DNA of 64,000 bases from Eledone cirrhosa (GCA_964016885.1 OZ024742.1:366544001-366608000); one strand, 5' to 3'. Positions 1 to 14,570 are shown, numbered from the stretch's first letter. Program-made: numbers and translations. Notes: generated by a model from the letters alone, not told the origin.

Positions 1-587
1 CATGACTACACTACCAACTTTATTTTCCAATTCAAGAAAGCGTTTAAATATAAATTTGTAAACCGAGACAACGAGAGGAGTTCCAGCTAGATTCTGTCAA
101 TAGAATCTCTGCGGTTTAGATACACAGCAAGTCTTCAATTTCCGAATGGCTGAATCTCATCACCTGGATGCGGTCTGGCCACCCTTAGAGTGTAAGAGAT
201 TAAAGACCGAAACACCCATTTGAGGGGGGTTTCTTCTCTGAAGACCTTCAGCTGGTCAGCTCTCCTGAGAGTTTCTTACTACTAGGGGCCACAAGCATAT
301 CATATCAAACGACGTCAAATGAAGAGTGTTGATCAAGAACACAACGCCCGAGCCGGGTGAAGGATCGATCTTAGGATCCGTAGTTCTCCGTAGATGGTAC
401 TCCAAACCTAGAAATCCAGCTAGTAATAAATTATAGTCAGGTTGCTTCTGCAGTAATATCTGGCATCGAAATAACTTCATATCAACGTCTGGATCGATCG
501 TACACTGTAAGTAAATAGCGATAACCTTTCCAAGGAAGAAGTGAGCCAACAATGTTTATGTGAACAGTATAAAGAATATGATCAGTT

Positions 588-740
588 AGTAGGGTAGTTG
601 TATAGTGGTTAGAACGTCAGAATGATCTGTGCTATTTCTTCCAGCTTTCTGCTGCGTTTTGAATGTAAATCCCACCGATGTAAATTTCCCATGTTTGTAT
701 GTTAAATGACGATAAAGTACCAGTACTATACTCGGCCCCA
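588..740 (+). mobile_element. Degenerate tRNA-derived SINE (same family as 50493-50690)
   Basis: TAGTGGTTAGAACG head, degenerate B-box-like TGTAAATCCCACCG, then GATAAAGTACCAGTA core remnant. Confidence 0.4.
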
Positions 741-825
741 TTCTTTCTCTGTTCCTTTTCTCACTTCTCTCGCAAAAGATTGTATCTAGAAAGAAATTAT
801 TTAATGCCTTCTTTAGACATAATAT

Positions 826-980
826 ATTTAGGACTGCATTCTCTAATCTTTTTCATACAGTATATCTAGGTTTACATTAACCAGTGTTTCCTTCTTACGT
901 TGTGTATCTAAGACTACATTAACCAATGTTTTTCAGGCATAGTGTATCTAGGACTACATTATCTAATGTTTTTCAAACAT
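826..980. repeat. Degenerate ~45-bp tandem repeat, ~4 copies
   Basis: Recurring (G)TATCTAGGACTACATTAACCAATGTTT-like unit. Confidence 0.55.
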
Positions 981-1642
981 ACTGTTATCGAATATATTAT
1001 TATCCAATTTATAATAGGCCAGGTGTTATTAAAGTAGATATTATTTCTAACAGATCAAGAAACCTCTTAGAGGTTCTTAGATGAATTTATAAGAGCCAGG
1101 GTTTGGTTCCGTGTTTCATCATTCCACTAAAATTGTTAACGCCCCACAAAATGATAGGTTCGTTGACAAATGTCATACTTCGTCCGTCATGAAGGTTTAT
1201 AGCTGGTGGTGTTTGCGGTTTGCTATACAATCTTAGGAAATCTGGGTATAGAGATAAATCGATGATATGATTGCGTGTCCCAACAGTGTTTCACTTGGTA
1301 ATCTTTCAAAAGATTCTTCAACAACATAAATTATAACATCAAGATAAATTTATTGATGTTATTGTCAGGTCAACTTTGATCGTGCAGTCATAAGATCAAA
1401 GGCACTCTCGGCATATTGTAGCCACTCCACTGTTTTATACAACTGCGCTGTTTTGGGCGGTTTATTTGTTTGTTTTATTTTTTTTTATAGATTTCTTTTC
1501 ATTCGCAATAGAAATAAATGTGATATGAGAGAGACTTGACTGCCATATCCAGCAGTTTATTTGACCAGGTAGTTTTTAAGGTTTCCTTTCAGGTTAACGT
1601 TTAGTTATAGTTTAATAGGTTCTATATGATTACGATGACTAA

Positions 1643-1671
1643 TGTGTGTGTGCATGTGTGTGTGTGTGTGC

Positions 1672-1740
<69 letters not shown>
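1643..1740. repeat. (TG)n microsatellite
   Basis: Direct inspection. Confidence 0.95.
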
Positions 1741-1741
<1 letters not shown>

Positions 1742-2014
1742 GTGTGTCTCTGAGTGTGTTTATTCATGAGTGTAGTACGTATGTGATTTGAGGAAGATTC
1801 AGCTGTTAATTCTAGCAAGATAAGTGATTACGTAGAGGCTCCATCGGTGACTTTTCAGGTTACGGCTCAATGCGTTTTATGAAGAAATTTCGTCTCATGA
1901 AAATATTTAATGAAACATGCTAGGGCGATTAAACTGAAAACGAGGGACATGAAAAAAATTGATTTCTCATAAATGTTGTGGCATTAAGGAGTGTGTAGGT
2001 TGTAAGTGAACCCG

Positions 2015-2135
2015 TTAGGTGCAGAGTTGTTAGAACAAATAAAAAGGTTTGATGTGTGATCAGGCTCTCTCACTCTGAGTTCAAATCCCACAGGAACAAC
2101 TCTGCCTTTTACCATTACAAGATTCGTAAAGTACT
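2015..2135 (+). mobile_element. tRNA-derived SINE fragment
   Basis: CTGAGTTCAAATCCC B-box followed by AACTCTGCCTTT...TAAAGTAC as in the other copies. Confidence 0.6.
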
Positions 2136-2160
2136 TTTTCCTCATTATCGCTTTCTCACT

Positions 2161-2161
2161 T

Positions 2162-2227
<66 letters not shown>

Positions 2228-2382
2228 TAGTCACTCTCTTTCTCTCTCACTTTGTGTCACTCTCTCTCACTATTTCACTAAATCGCCTCCCAACCCTCTC
2301 TCTTTCTCTCTCTCTCACTTTGTGTCACTCTCTCTCACTTTGTCACTATCTCACCTCCCAACCCTCTCTCTCTGTTTTCCCC

Positions 2383-2458
<76 letters not shown>

Positions 2459-2480
2459 TCCCTCCCCCTCTCTCTCTCTG
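2161..2480. repeat. (CT)n compound microsatellite
   Basis: Direct inspection. Confidence 0.95.
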
Positions 2481-3505
2481 GAAGGAATCAACTGAATACA
2501 ACCCTGGGTAGGGATGACTCCAGCAGTTTTAAATTCCCAAGACCCCTGCCTCTACATGTCTTTTAGTAGTTAATGACCCACAGATAACTGGATAAAGGAA
2601 GGATTTGCCTTGCTGGAAATGGCAGCAGGCCTTCATAAAACCCGACCCTACCTAATTAAAAAAGTGTGGATATATTGGAAAATGTTATTCATGATTTGAA
2701 TCAATTTGATAATACTACAGCTGGGGCGGGTTTTGTATGGCCCTAAACAACAATAATTGACCTATGTGCAGTTTTGTATGAATATTTAAATTTATAAAAC
2801 TGCGGCCACCATTCGCAATCGAGCATGACGTGGTAGTATGTAGCATGTTTCCGCTAACCTCCGACACACAGTCCGTTGAACAAGTGGAGCATCCAAGATG
2901 TGATCACTGGTAGGATGGGGAGGGGGTACAATAACAGTACTGGGTTGGTCCTTTAACCTTTTAGCATTTAAACAGGCCGAATACGGCCATAATTCTCTCA
3001 CCTTTTTCTGTTCAAACTGGCTGTAACCAGCCACTCATATTGACGTTAAGGTATTGTTCTCAAAATAAATAACATCAATATTAGTAGATTCGATATTATG
3101 TGAGATAATTATGTAATATAAAGCCTTTACCACAAAAATACAGTAGTATATATAGAGTAATGTAAATGGTAAAGGGTTAAGAGACACGAAAACCTGAAAG
3201 ACAGATTTAATGTTGGCTAGATTTGAACTCAGTAGGCAGAGACCCGGACAAAGCAAATCTTTAACGTCTCTCTCAAGCCGACGGCCATCAAATTAATACA
3301 TAACATAATATGAACCTTATAGAAATGTTATTTTCTACAGATATAAATAGCTCCAATATGAAGTTTCTTAAAAAAGAGAATACAGTGATCTTTTGGAAGT
3401 CTTTGTATATTCTTTGGCTCTTAAAATCGATAGCCGGGTTCAGTGATTGGACTATGGCCATGCAGGTGCACTATGTTTAAAGGTTTCAATCAATTACGCA
3501 CACGT

Positions 3506-3602
<97 letters not shown>

Positions 3603-3770
3603 CGAACACATACACTGACGCACACCACACATATATAGACATATATATTGAAAACGTTAACCGTTTTAACAAGTTTTATCTCTATCATTTGTTGCAACTA
3701 TTAATTCTTCCTTCCTGTTTCCTATAGCTAACTCCTCTCACGTCTACCCCACCACCACCACCACCACCAC

Positions 3771-3945
3771 CACCTCAGTCCTCACTAACGTGACACAGGG
3801 ACCCCGTACAGCTACAACGTCTACCCACCACCTCAGTCCTCACTAACGGGACACAGGGACCCCCGTACAGCTACAACGTCTACCCACCACCTCAGTCCTC
3901 ACTAACGGGACACAGGGACCACCGTACAGCTACAACGTCTACACA
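3771..3945. repeat. 58-59-bp tandem repeat, 3 copies
   Basis: CACCTCAGTCCTCACTAACG(T/G)GACACAGGGACC..GTACAGCTACAACGTCTAC units start at 3771, 3829 and 3888. Confidence 0.9.
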
Positions 3946-4254
3946 ACCATTATAAATTACATTAACTACATTCACAGAAAAATGTAGAAAATTGCTTTAT
4001 TTTTTTAAACAAATTACAGGAATTTCCAATTGATGATAGCGAATTATGAAATGGAATATATTTGCTATTCCTATATCTATATTTTGAATAAATTAAATTA
4101 TTGGAAAATAATTGAGAAAATAAATATTGAAATAGAAAAAGTTCGTTTCATATCCAACATTTTACACAATATAATCCAAAATGTCTCCATTTCCATCGTC
4201 CAACATTACTTGAGAAAAACCTAGATACTGCACACTCTGAACGGTTTAGGTCTG

Positions 4255-5895
4255 TAAATAAACTGACATCAACGTATTAGAAATGGAAGTTTATAGGAAA
4301 ACTTGCCCAAGATAGCAACTGCAATTGCACAAAGACAGTTACAATTTGGAGGACATTGCTGGAGAAGTAAGCAGGAAGTTATACATAAGCTACTATTGTG
4401 GGAACCAACTCATAGGAGATACAGTAGAGGAAGTTATACATAAGCTACTATTGTGGGAACCAACTCATAGGAGATATAGTAGGGGAAGTTATATACAGGG
4501 TACTATTGTGGGAACCAACTCATAGGAGATGCAGTAGAGGAAGGTATACACAAGGTACTATTGTGGGAGCCAACTCATAAGAGATACAGTAGAGGAAGTT
4601 ATACATAAGCTACTATTGTGGGAACCAACTCATAGGAGATACAGTAGAGGAAGTTATACACAAGCTACTATTGTGGGAACCAACTCATAGGAGATACATT
4701 AGAGGAAGTTATACATAAGCTACTATTGTGGGAACCAACTGATAGGAGATACGGTAGAGGAAGTTATACACAAGGTACTACTGTGGGAACCAACTCATAG
4801 GAGATACAGTAGAGTAAGTTATACACAAGGTACTATTGTAAGAGCCAACTCATAGGAGATACAGTAAAGGAAGTTATACATAAGCTACTATTGTGGGAAT
4901 CAACTCATAGGAAATACATTAGAGGAAGTTATACATCAGCTACTATTGTGGGAACCAACTCATAGAAGATACAGTAGAGGAATTTATACATAAGCTACTA
5001 TTGTGGGAACCAACTCATAGAAGATACAGTAGAGGAATTTATACATAAGCTACTATTGTGGGAACCAACTCATAGAAGATACAGTAGAGTAAGTTATACA
5101 TAAGCTACTATTGTGGGAACCAACTCATAGAAGATACATTAGAGGAATTTATACATAAGCTACTATTGTGGGAACCAACTCATAGAAGATACAGTAGAGT
5201 AAGTTATACATAAGCTACTATTGTGGGAACCAACTCATAGAAGATACAGTAGAGGAATTTATACATAAGCTACTATTGTGGGAACCAACTCATAGAAGAT
5301 ACAGTAGAGTAAGTTATACATAAGCTACTATTGTGGGAACCAACTCATAGAAGATACATTAGAGGAATTTATACATAAGCTACTATTGTGGGAACCAACT
5401 CATAGAAGATACAGTAGAGTAAGTTATACATAAGCTACTATTGTGGGAACCAACTCATAGAAGATACAGTAGAGGAATTTATACATAAGCTACTATTGTG
5501 CGAACCAACTCATAGAAGATACAGTAGAGGAATTTATACATAAGCTACTATTGTGCGAACCAACTCATAGGAGATACATGAGAGGAAGTTATACATAAGC
5601 TACTATTGTGGGAACCAACTCATAGAAGATACAGTAGAGGAATTTATACATAAGCTACTATTGTGCGAACCAACTCATAGGAGATACATGAGAGGAAGTT
5701 ATACATAAGCTACTATTGTGGGAACCAACTCATAGGAGATACAGTAGTGGAAGACCTGCTTGAAATTTCATCAATCAACTCTCAGACAATACAAACCTCG
5801 GTAGGGAGCTGTTACCAGGAGTGATGGAAAATCGTGAAATGTGGAGAGACTTTGTCAGGAATGTTTGACTGTGTTCACAATGATGATGATGATGA

Positions 5896-5898
<3 letters not shown>
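4255..5898 (+). mobile_element. 5'-truncated RTE-clade LINE 3' end, interrupted by an internal tandem amplification
   Basis: Collapsing the array gives QLQFGGHCWRSKQEVIHKLLLWEPTHRRYSRGRPA*NFINQLSDNT..VMENREMWRDFV, the typical RTE C-terminus (GH..R..W.P..GRP..M.DR..W); it ends in a (TGA)n tail. Confidence 0.8.
4375..5752 (+). repeat. 55-bp minisatellite, ~25 copies
   Basis: Unit GAAGTTATACATAAGCTACTATTGTGGGAACCAACTCATAGGAGATACAGTAGAG; first starts at 4375 and 4430. Confidence 0.97.
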
Positions 5899-5937
<39 letters not shown>

Positions 5938-5938
<1 letters not shown>

Positions 5939-8198
5939 TAGGAAAAGGTATGACCCCGACGGCAGAGCTTAAGCTGTTTCTAATTTAAAAATTAGAATTT
6001 TTAGCCTGGTGAATAAATAGCCGAACTTGTCAAGGGGTACTTCCTTATATGGGAAGATCCTAGTTGTCAAGAGGATTGGTTAAAATTTGTTGTAAACACA
6101 AATAAGTCTATCATGGCATTTGGTGGGAGGTAGGGGTGGCTGAACTTGCCTGTAAACAATAGGGGAGTGAGTGGAGCGGACAAGCGTTGGAAGTGATATG
6201 TATACAGCAGATTCTAAGGATAGAGTATGAAGTGGAGGAGGGAGGTTATAGAATAGCTAAATCGAATGAGAGTAGGAGAAAATAAAGGATAATAGAAAGA
6301 AATTAAAAAAATATAAAATTAGATAGTGAGAAATGAATAAATAAAATCACAATGCTATCTTACATTTACAGGTTAATAAATTCGGAATAGAAAAAACTTG
6401 TAGAAATTGAGTAGTAACAAAACATACAAACTTAAAGGGGTTTAATACAACTGCTATAAGTAGTTCGTAAAACGTATTGTATTCGGCCAATTCTATCTTA
6501 AAATTACAGGAGTGGGGGAACTGATGCTACAGAGCCCCGATGGGCTGCATCGGGGTAGGTGAAAGGGGAAAAGCAGACGAGGAAGAAAATAGGGGGTGGA
6601 AGGAAGTGATAGGATGAGACAGGGGGAAGAAGAAGACAAAGAAGAAAATAAAAGAGATACATCTACCTATGTAAGCTGGGGTTTCCCCTAACTTATTCGG
6701 AAAGTGTGTGTGTGTGTGGGGGGGGGGATTATCAGCCCTTGTTTACCCACCCGGGTCCTTATGGGGTTTGAGGGCGAGGTAAGTCCTACGCAATCTGTGT
6801 TTGCATGCGGTTACCAGTTCGTCTTTCTTGTTTAGGAGTTGGTCCTTCGAAAACAGCATTTGTAATGTTTCCTCCGAGCATAAGTTACACGGACGGCGTC
6901 CTCCCGTGTAACAGTTAGCTCTGGACAGTATGCTCCAAGTGAGATTGTAGGTTATATCTTGGAGGTCCCAGATCCCAGATGTGGCCCGAAAGTGTAGTGG
7001 CATGGCGCCAGACCGGTTTCGGAAAGTATGTCGGTGTTGGTAGAGCCGGGTCTTGAAGTCACAAGCGGTTAATCCTATATAAGCTTTGTTGGAGGTGTCC
7101 GTCCTCACGTTGCACTGGTAGATCACGTTACGTTCTCGGCATTTGTTGTTGAGGGGGCACGTAGATCTATCAGGGCAGTTACACCTCCTGGTCGGCTCTC
7201 CACTGATGTCTACGTTATTTCTTCCATAGAGGTTGAGTTTTTTGTTGTTTGAGGAGACGATGTTTTGTGCGAAGTTAAGTGTGGTGGTGTAGGAGAGTTT
7301 GATGGTGTTTTTTGTTGATTATGTTGTGGTAGCGGTGTTGTAGTGGGAAGTGTTTTTCGATGAGTCTAAAGAAGATTTTCCCGTTAGGTGTTGCCACCTC
7401 GGCATTATGGGGAGGATTGAACCACGTTACATTGCGTGAGCGGCGGTGTCGCCTGCTGGTTCCGCTAAGGGAAGCTGGATAAAAGGATATTTCCTCCCGC
7501 AAGCCACTCCGCTTGAGGGCCTGGTTGTAATGAGGCACGTGTTCGTCGAATATCTGCTCATTAGCGGACAAACGAGATATGCGGAGGGAGATGTTTTAAA
7601 CCAGGTTATTGGTGATGTTTCTAGGATGGTTAGAGCGGCGGTGGATGGAGTGCAGGTTGTCGTTTGGTTTCCTGCATAGGTAGTACAGATCATTTTCGAG
7701 GTTAAGGGTAACGTCCAGGAAATTGACTCGAGTTAGGGACGTTTGTAGGGTAATTTTAAATCCGCAGTCCCGGAAGAAGTTCATTAGTTGTTTACGGACC
7801 CGGTCTGTACTACTGGGGTTGTACCCTTTGAGGGTGAGGAGCCCATCATCCCGGTACAATCCACCGCCGAATGCAGGAAACATTTCGGTGAGTTTAAATA
7901 GTAGGAATAATCCTATAAGATCTGTGACCTCGGCCGAATCCGTCGCGCCATACTGACATCGAAGGGGGAGTCAGGAGCTCTCTTTATCCACTTGGAGTTG
8001 TCGAAAAGTAGGACTGTCTTCCTGGCGTGGAGAATGATATTTCTTTCCTGTTCAGTGCTGGGTGTAAGTGTTTCGGCAAAGTCCAAGGCGGCCGTAAGGA
8101 GCGGTAAGGTAATAGATGCATAGTAACTCTCTATGTCAAACTGGATGAATTTTGTGTCTCGTTTGTCCTCCATATTCCTGAACCATGAGATTACTTCC
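5938..8198 (-). mobile_element. Penelope-like element (RT + GIY-YIG), 5'-truncated, with ~800-bp 3' region ending at (TA)n
   Basis: RT motifs FDIESYYASI, YRDDGL, VNFLDVTLNL, RKPN; endonuclease VIYQC..YIGLT..FKTRLYQH..CNLC..CKH. Confidence 0.92.
6743..8190 (-). pseudogene. Frameshifted PLE reverse transcriptase/GIY-YIG endonuclease ORF
   Basis: Collinear ORF pieces 7913-8173, 7596-7883, 7275-7571 and 6743-7126 in different frames. Confidence 0.9.
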
Positions 8199-8199
8199 T

Positions 8200-8400
8200 G
8201 GAAGTAATCTCAGGAAGTTATATACAAACAACGATTGTGGAGAACCAAGTGACGGGAGACTGAGTATATGAAGACCTGCTCAAACCTTCCTAAATCAACT
8301 CTCAGACAATACAAACCACAGTTGGGGGCAGTTGTCAGGAGAAACAGAAAATTGTGAATTGTAGGGAGACTTTGTAAGTAATGTTGGACTGTGGTCAAAG
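8200..8400 (+). mobile_element. Diverged RTE 3' fragment, un-amplified paralog of 4360-5880
   Basis: CAGGAAGTTATATACAAAC..ATTGTGGAGAACCAA..GAAGACCTGCT..AATCAACTCTCAGACAATACAAACC..GAGACTTTGT aligns with one 55-bp unit plus the downstream flank. Confidence 0.8.
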
Positions 8401-9039
8401 GACAGTACAGTTGAAATGCTTCTGGAGATATAAGACGTTTAGCATCTTAGAATAGTTTATACGATGTTGATGATGTTGTTCATATTTCAGTTCCAACAAC
8501 GAAGGTTCCATCTCATGTAACGACTCCACCCGGGGCATAGGAGTACTTGGATGACGGTAACAGCAATATATAATATCTTCAGAATGAGATTCAGCGGCCG
8601 TATATGTATATATATGTATATGTATATATGTATATGTGTATATGTATATCTATGTATAACTATGTATATGTATATATATATATATATATATGCATATGTA
8701 TATTTATGTATATGTATATATATATATACGTATATGTATATCTATGTATATGTATATATATGTATATATATATATCTATGTTTATCTATATATATGTATA
8801 TATATGTACATATATGTATATATATGTATATCTCTATATATATGTATATGTATACATATGTATACGTATATATATATATATATATTTGGTATCTTCTATA
8901 CTACGGCTACAATTTCGATGTATACCAAATATAAATATATAGTATAAAGTTTCCTACAATTTATATGTGCGTCCATTAGGTTCGGGGTGCAGTGAGAGCC
9001 TTAACAATGGACACACGTACCTGTGGTTGAATTTCAGAC

Positions 9040-9182
9040 AGATCTCCTGTCACCCAGCTAAGTGGGCTAGAGCAACGTGTAATACAGAGTATTGAGCAAG
9101 GACATAAAGGGCCACATGTCAGGAATTGAACTTACAACTTGGCGATTGTAGGATGAATACCTTAACCACTAAGTCATGCGCC
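9040..9182 (-). mobile_element. tRNA-derived SINE (second family)
   Basis: Reverse strand GGCGCATGACTTAGTGGTTAAGG (A-box), GTTCAATTCC (B-box), TGTCCTTGCTCAATACT core. Confidence 0.75.
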
Positions 9183-9185
9183 TAG

Positions 9186-12100
9186 ACAGTCACACACTGA
9201 AGGACGCTCACAGTCACACACTGAAGGACGCTCACAGTCACACACTGAAGGACGCTCACAGTCACACACTGAAGGACGCTCACAGTCACACACTGAAGGA
9301 CGCACACAGTCACACACTGAAGGACGCTCACAGTCACACACTGAAGGACGCTCACAGTCACACACTGAAGGACGCTCACAGTCACACACTGAAGGACGCT
9401 CACAGTCACACACTGAAAGACGCTCACAGTCACACACTGAAGGACGCTCACAGTCACACACTGAAGGACGCACACAGTCACACACTGAAGGACGCACACA
9501 GTCACACACTGAAGGACGCTCACAGTCACACACTGAAGGACGCTCACAGTCACACACTGAAGGACGCACACAGTCACACACTGAAGGACGCTCACAGTCA
9601 CACACTGAAGGACGCACACAGTCACACACTGAAGGACGCTCACAGTCACACACTGAAGGACGCACACAGTCACATACTGAAGGATGCTCACAGTCACACA
9701 CTGAAGGACGCACACAGTCACACACTGAAGGACGCTCACAGTCACATACTGAAGGACGCACACAGTCACACACTGAAGGACACTCACAGTCACACACTGA
9801 AGGACGCACACAGTCACACACTGAAGGGCGCTCACAGTCACACACTGAAGGACGCTCACAGTCACGCACTGAAGGACGCACACAGTCACACACTGAAGGA
9901 CGCTCACAGTCACACACTGAAGGACGCACAGAGTCACACACTGAAGGACGCTCACAGTCACACACTGAAGGACGCACACAGTCACACACTGAAGGACGCT
10001 CACAGTCACACACTGAAGGACGCACAGAGTCACACACTGAAGGACGCTCACAGTCACACACTGAAGGACGCACACAGTCACACACTGAAGGACGCTCACA
10101 GTCACACACTGAAGGACGCTCACAGTCATACACTGAAGGACTCACACAGTGACACACTGAAGGGCGCTCACAGTCACATACTGAAGGACGCACACAGTCA
10201 CACATTGAAGGACGCTCACAGTCACACATTGAAGGACGCTCACAGTCACACACTGAAGGGCGCTCACAGTCACACACTGAAGGGCGCACACAGTCACACA
10301 CTGAAGGACGCACACAGTCACACACTTAATGACGCTCACAGTCACACACTGAAGGACGCACAGAGTCACACACTGAAGGGCGCTCACAGTCACACACTGA
10401 AGGGCGCACACAGTCACACACTGAAGACGCACACAGTCACACACTGAAGGGCGCTCACAGTCACACACTGAAAGACGCTCACAGTCACACACTGAAGGAC
10501 GCACACAGTCACACACTGAAGGACGCTCACAGTCACAAACTGAAGGACGCTCACAGTCACACATTGAAGAACGCTCACAGTCATACACTGAAGGACGCTC
10601 ACAGTCACACACTGAAGGACGCTCACAGTCACACACTGAAGGACGCTCACAGTCACACACTGAAGGACGCTCACAGTCACACATTGAAGGGCGCTCACAG
10701 TCACACACTGAAGGACGCTCACAGTCACACACTGAAGGACGCTCACAGTCACACACTGAATGACGCACACAGTCACACACTGAAGGACGCTCACAGAGAC
10801 ACACTGAAGGACACTCACAGTCACACATTGAAGGACGCTCACAGTCACACACTGAAGACGCTCACAGTCACACACTGAAGGACGCTCACAGTCACACATT
10901 GAAGGACGCTCACAGTCACACATTGAAGGACGCTCACAGTCATACACTGAAGGGCGCATACAGTCACACACTGAAGGACGCTCACAGTCACACACTGAAG
11001 GACGCACACAGTCACACACTGAAGGACGCTCACAGTCACACACTGAAGGGCGCTCACAGTCACACACTGAAGGACGCACACAGTCACACACTGAAGGACG
11101 CTCACAGTCACACACTGAAGGACGCTCACAGTCACACACTGAATGACGCACACAGTCACACGCTGAAGGACGCTCACAGAGACACACTGAAGGACACTCA
11201 CAGTCACACATTGAAGGACGCTCACAGTCACACACTGAAGACGCTCACAGTCACACACTGAAGGACGCTCACAGTCACACATTGAAGGACGCTCACAGTC
11301 ACACATTGAAGGACGCTCACAGTCACACACTGAAGGGCGCATACAGTCACACACTGAAGGACGCTCACAGTCACACACTGAAGGACGCACACAGTCACAC
11401 ACTGAAGGACGCTCACAGTCACACACTGAAGGGCGCTCACAGTCACACACTGAAGGACGCACACAGTCACACACTGAAGGGCGCTCACAGTCACACACTG
11501 AAGGACGCTCACAGTCACACACTGAAGGACGCACACAGTCACACACTGAAGGACGCTCACAGTCACCAACTGAAGGACGCTCACAGTCACACATTGAAGG
11601 ACGCTCACAGTCACACACTGAAGGACGCTCACAGTCACACACTGAAGGACGCTCACAGTCACACACTGAAGGACGCTCACAGTCACAAACTGAAGGACGC
11701 TCACAGTCACACATTGAAGGACGCTCACAGTCACACATTGAAGGAGGCTCACAGTCACACACTGAAGGACGCTCACAGTCACACATTGAAGGGCGCTCAC
11801 AGTCACATACTGAAGGACGCTCACAGTCACACACTGAAGGACGCTCACAGTCACACACTGAATGACGCACACAGTCACACACGGAAGGACGCTCACAGAG
11901 ACAAACTGAAGGACGCTCACAGTCACACATTGAAGGACGCTCACAGTCACACACTGAAGGGCGCACACAGTCACACACTGAAGGACGCTCACAGTCACAC
12001 ACTGAAGGACGCACACAGTCACACACTGAAGGACGCTCACAGTCACACACTGAAGGGCGCTCACAGTCACACACTGAAGGACGCTCACAGTCACACACTG

Positions 12101-14570
12101 AAGGACGCACACAGTCACACACTGAAGGACGCTCACAGTCACACACTGAAGGACGCTCACAGTCACACACTGAAGGACGCTCACAGTCACACATTGAAGA
12201 ACGCTCACAGTCACACATTGAAGGACGCTCACAGCCACACACTGAAGGACGCTCACAGTCACACACTGAAGGACGCTCACAGTCACACATTGAAGGGCGC
12301 TCACAGCCACACACTGAAGGACGCTCACAGTCACACACTGAAGGGCGCACACAGTCACACACTGAAGGAGGCTCACAGTCACACACTGAAGGACGCTCAC
12401 AGTCACACACTGAAGGGCGCTCACAGTCACACACTGAAGGGCGCTCACAGTCACACACTGAAGGACGCTCACAGTCACACACTGAAGGGCGCACACAGTC
12501 ACACACTGAAGGACGCACAGAGTCACCCACTGAAGGACGCACACAGTCACAAACTGAAAGACGCTCACAGTCACACACTGAAGGACGCACAGAGTCACAC
12601 ACTGAAGGGCGCTCACAGTCACACACTGAAGGTCGCACACAGTCACACACTGAAGGACGCACACAGTCACACACTGAAGGGCGCTCACAGTCACACACTG
12701 AAGGACGCTCACAGTCACACACTGAAGGACGCACACACTCACACACTGAAGGATGCTCACAGTCACAAACTGAAGGACGCTCACAGTCACACATTGAAGG
12801 ACGCTCACAGTCACACACTGAAGGACGCTCACAGTCACACACTGAAGGACGCTCACAGTCACAAACTGAAGGACGCTCACAGTCACACATTGAAGGACGC
12901 TCACAGTCACACATTGAAGGAGGCTCACAGTCACACACTGAAGGACGCTCATAAGTCACACATTGAAGGGCGCTCACAGTCACACACTGAAGGACGCTCA
13001 CAGTCACACACTGAAGGACGCTCACAGTCACACACTGAATGACGCACACAGTCACACACTGAAGGACGCTCACAGAGACACACTGAAGGACGCTCACAGT
13101 CACACATTGAAGGACGCTCACAGTCACACACTGAAGGGCGCACACAGTCACACACTGAAGGACGCACACAGTCACACACTGAAGGACGCACACAGTCACA
13201 CACTGAAGGACGCTCACAGTCACACACTGAATGACGCACACAGTCACACACTGAAGGACGCTCACAGTCACACACTGAATGACGCACACAGTCACACACT
13301 GAAGGACTCTCACAGTCACACACTGAAGGGCGCTCACAGTCACACACTGAAGGACGCTCACAGTCACACACTGAAGGACGCTCACAGTCACACACTGAAT
13401 GACGCACACAGTCACACACTGAAGGACGCTCACAGTCACACACTGAAGGACGCTCACAGTCACACATTGAAGGACGCTCACAGTCACACATTGAAGGACG
13501 CTCACAGTCACACACTGAAGGACGCTCACAGTCACACACTGAAGGACGCTCACAGTCACACACTGAAGGGCGCTCACAGTCACACACTGAAGGACGCTCA
13601 CAGTCACACACTGAAGGACGCTCACAGTCACACACTGAAAGACGCACAGAGTCACACACTGAAGGACGCTCACAGTCACACACTGAAGGACGCTCACAGT
13701 CACACACTGAAGGGCGCTCACAGTCACACACTGAAGGGCGCTCACAGTCACACACTGAAGGACGCACACAGTCACACACTGAAGGACGCACAGAGTCACC
13801 CACTGAAGGACGCTCACAGTCACACACTGAAGGGCGCTCACAGTCACACTCTGAAGGACGCACACAGTCACACACTGAAGGACGCTTACAGTCACACACT
13901 GAAGGGTGCACACAGTCACACACTGAAGGACGCTCACAGTCACACACTGAAGGACGCACACTGTCACACACTGAAGGACGCACAGAGTCACCCACTGAAG
14001 GACGCTCACAGTCACACACTGAAGGACGCTCACAGTCACACACTGAAGGACGCACACTGTCACACACTGAAGGACGCACAGAGTCACCCACTGAAGGACG
14101 CTCACAGTCACACATTGAAGGGCGCTCACAGTCACACACTGAAGGACGCTCACAGTCACACACTGAAGGACGCTCACAGTCACACACTGAAGGGCGCACA
14201 CAGTCATACACTGAAGGGCGCTCACAGTCACACACTGAAGGGCGCTCACAATCACACACTGAAGGGCGCTCACAGTCACACATTGAAGCACGCTCACAGT
14301 CACACACTGAAGGGCGCTCACAGTCACACATGAAGGACGCTCACAGTCACACACTGAAGGACGCTCACAGTCACACACTGAAGGACGCTCACAGTCACAC
14401 ACTGAAGGACGCTCACAGTCACACACTGAAGGACGCTCACAGTCACACACTGAAGGACGCTCACAGTCACACACTGAAGGGCGCTCACAGTCACACACTG
14501 AAGGACGCTCCCAGTCACACATTGAAGGACGCACACAGTCACACACTGAAGGACGCACAGAGTCACACAC
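9186..14570. repeat. 24-bp minisatellite (~5.4 kb, ~225 copies)
   Basis: Unit CACAGTCACACACTGAAGGACGCT; decays into (CA)n by ~14760. Confidence 0.98.

Noticed and set aside
200-256. GAAAC...CTGAAGA as a type-II hammerhead
   Set aside because: GAAAC is sequestered by GTTTC and no proper stem I or II can be drawn
441-512. Possible plus-strand micro-exon (CAG...GTAAGT)
   Set aside because: Too short, with no partner exons or homology evident
2792-3034. 80-aa ORF in unique sequence
   Set aside because: No recognisable domain, stops in the alternative frames, and no consistent splice sites
4375-5752. CRISPR-like regular array
   Set aside because: Contiguous tandem units with no unique spacers, no cas genes, and a eukaryotic context
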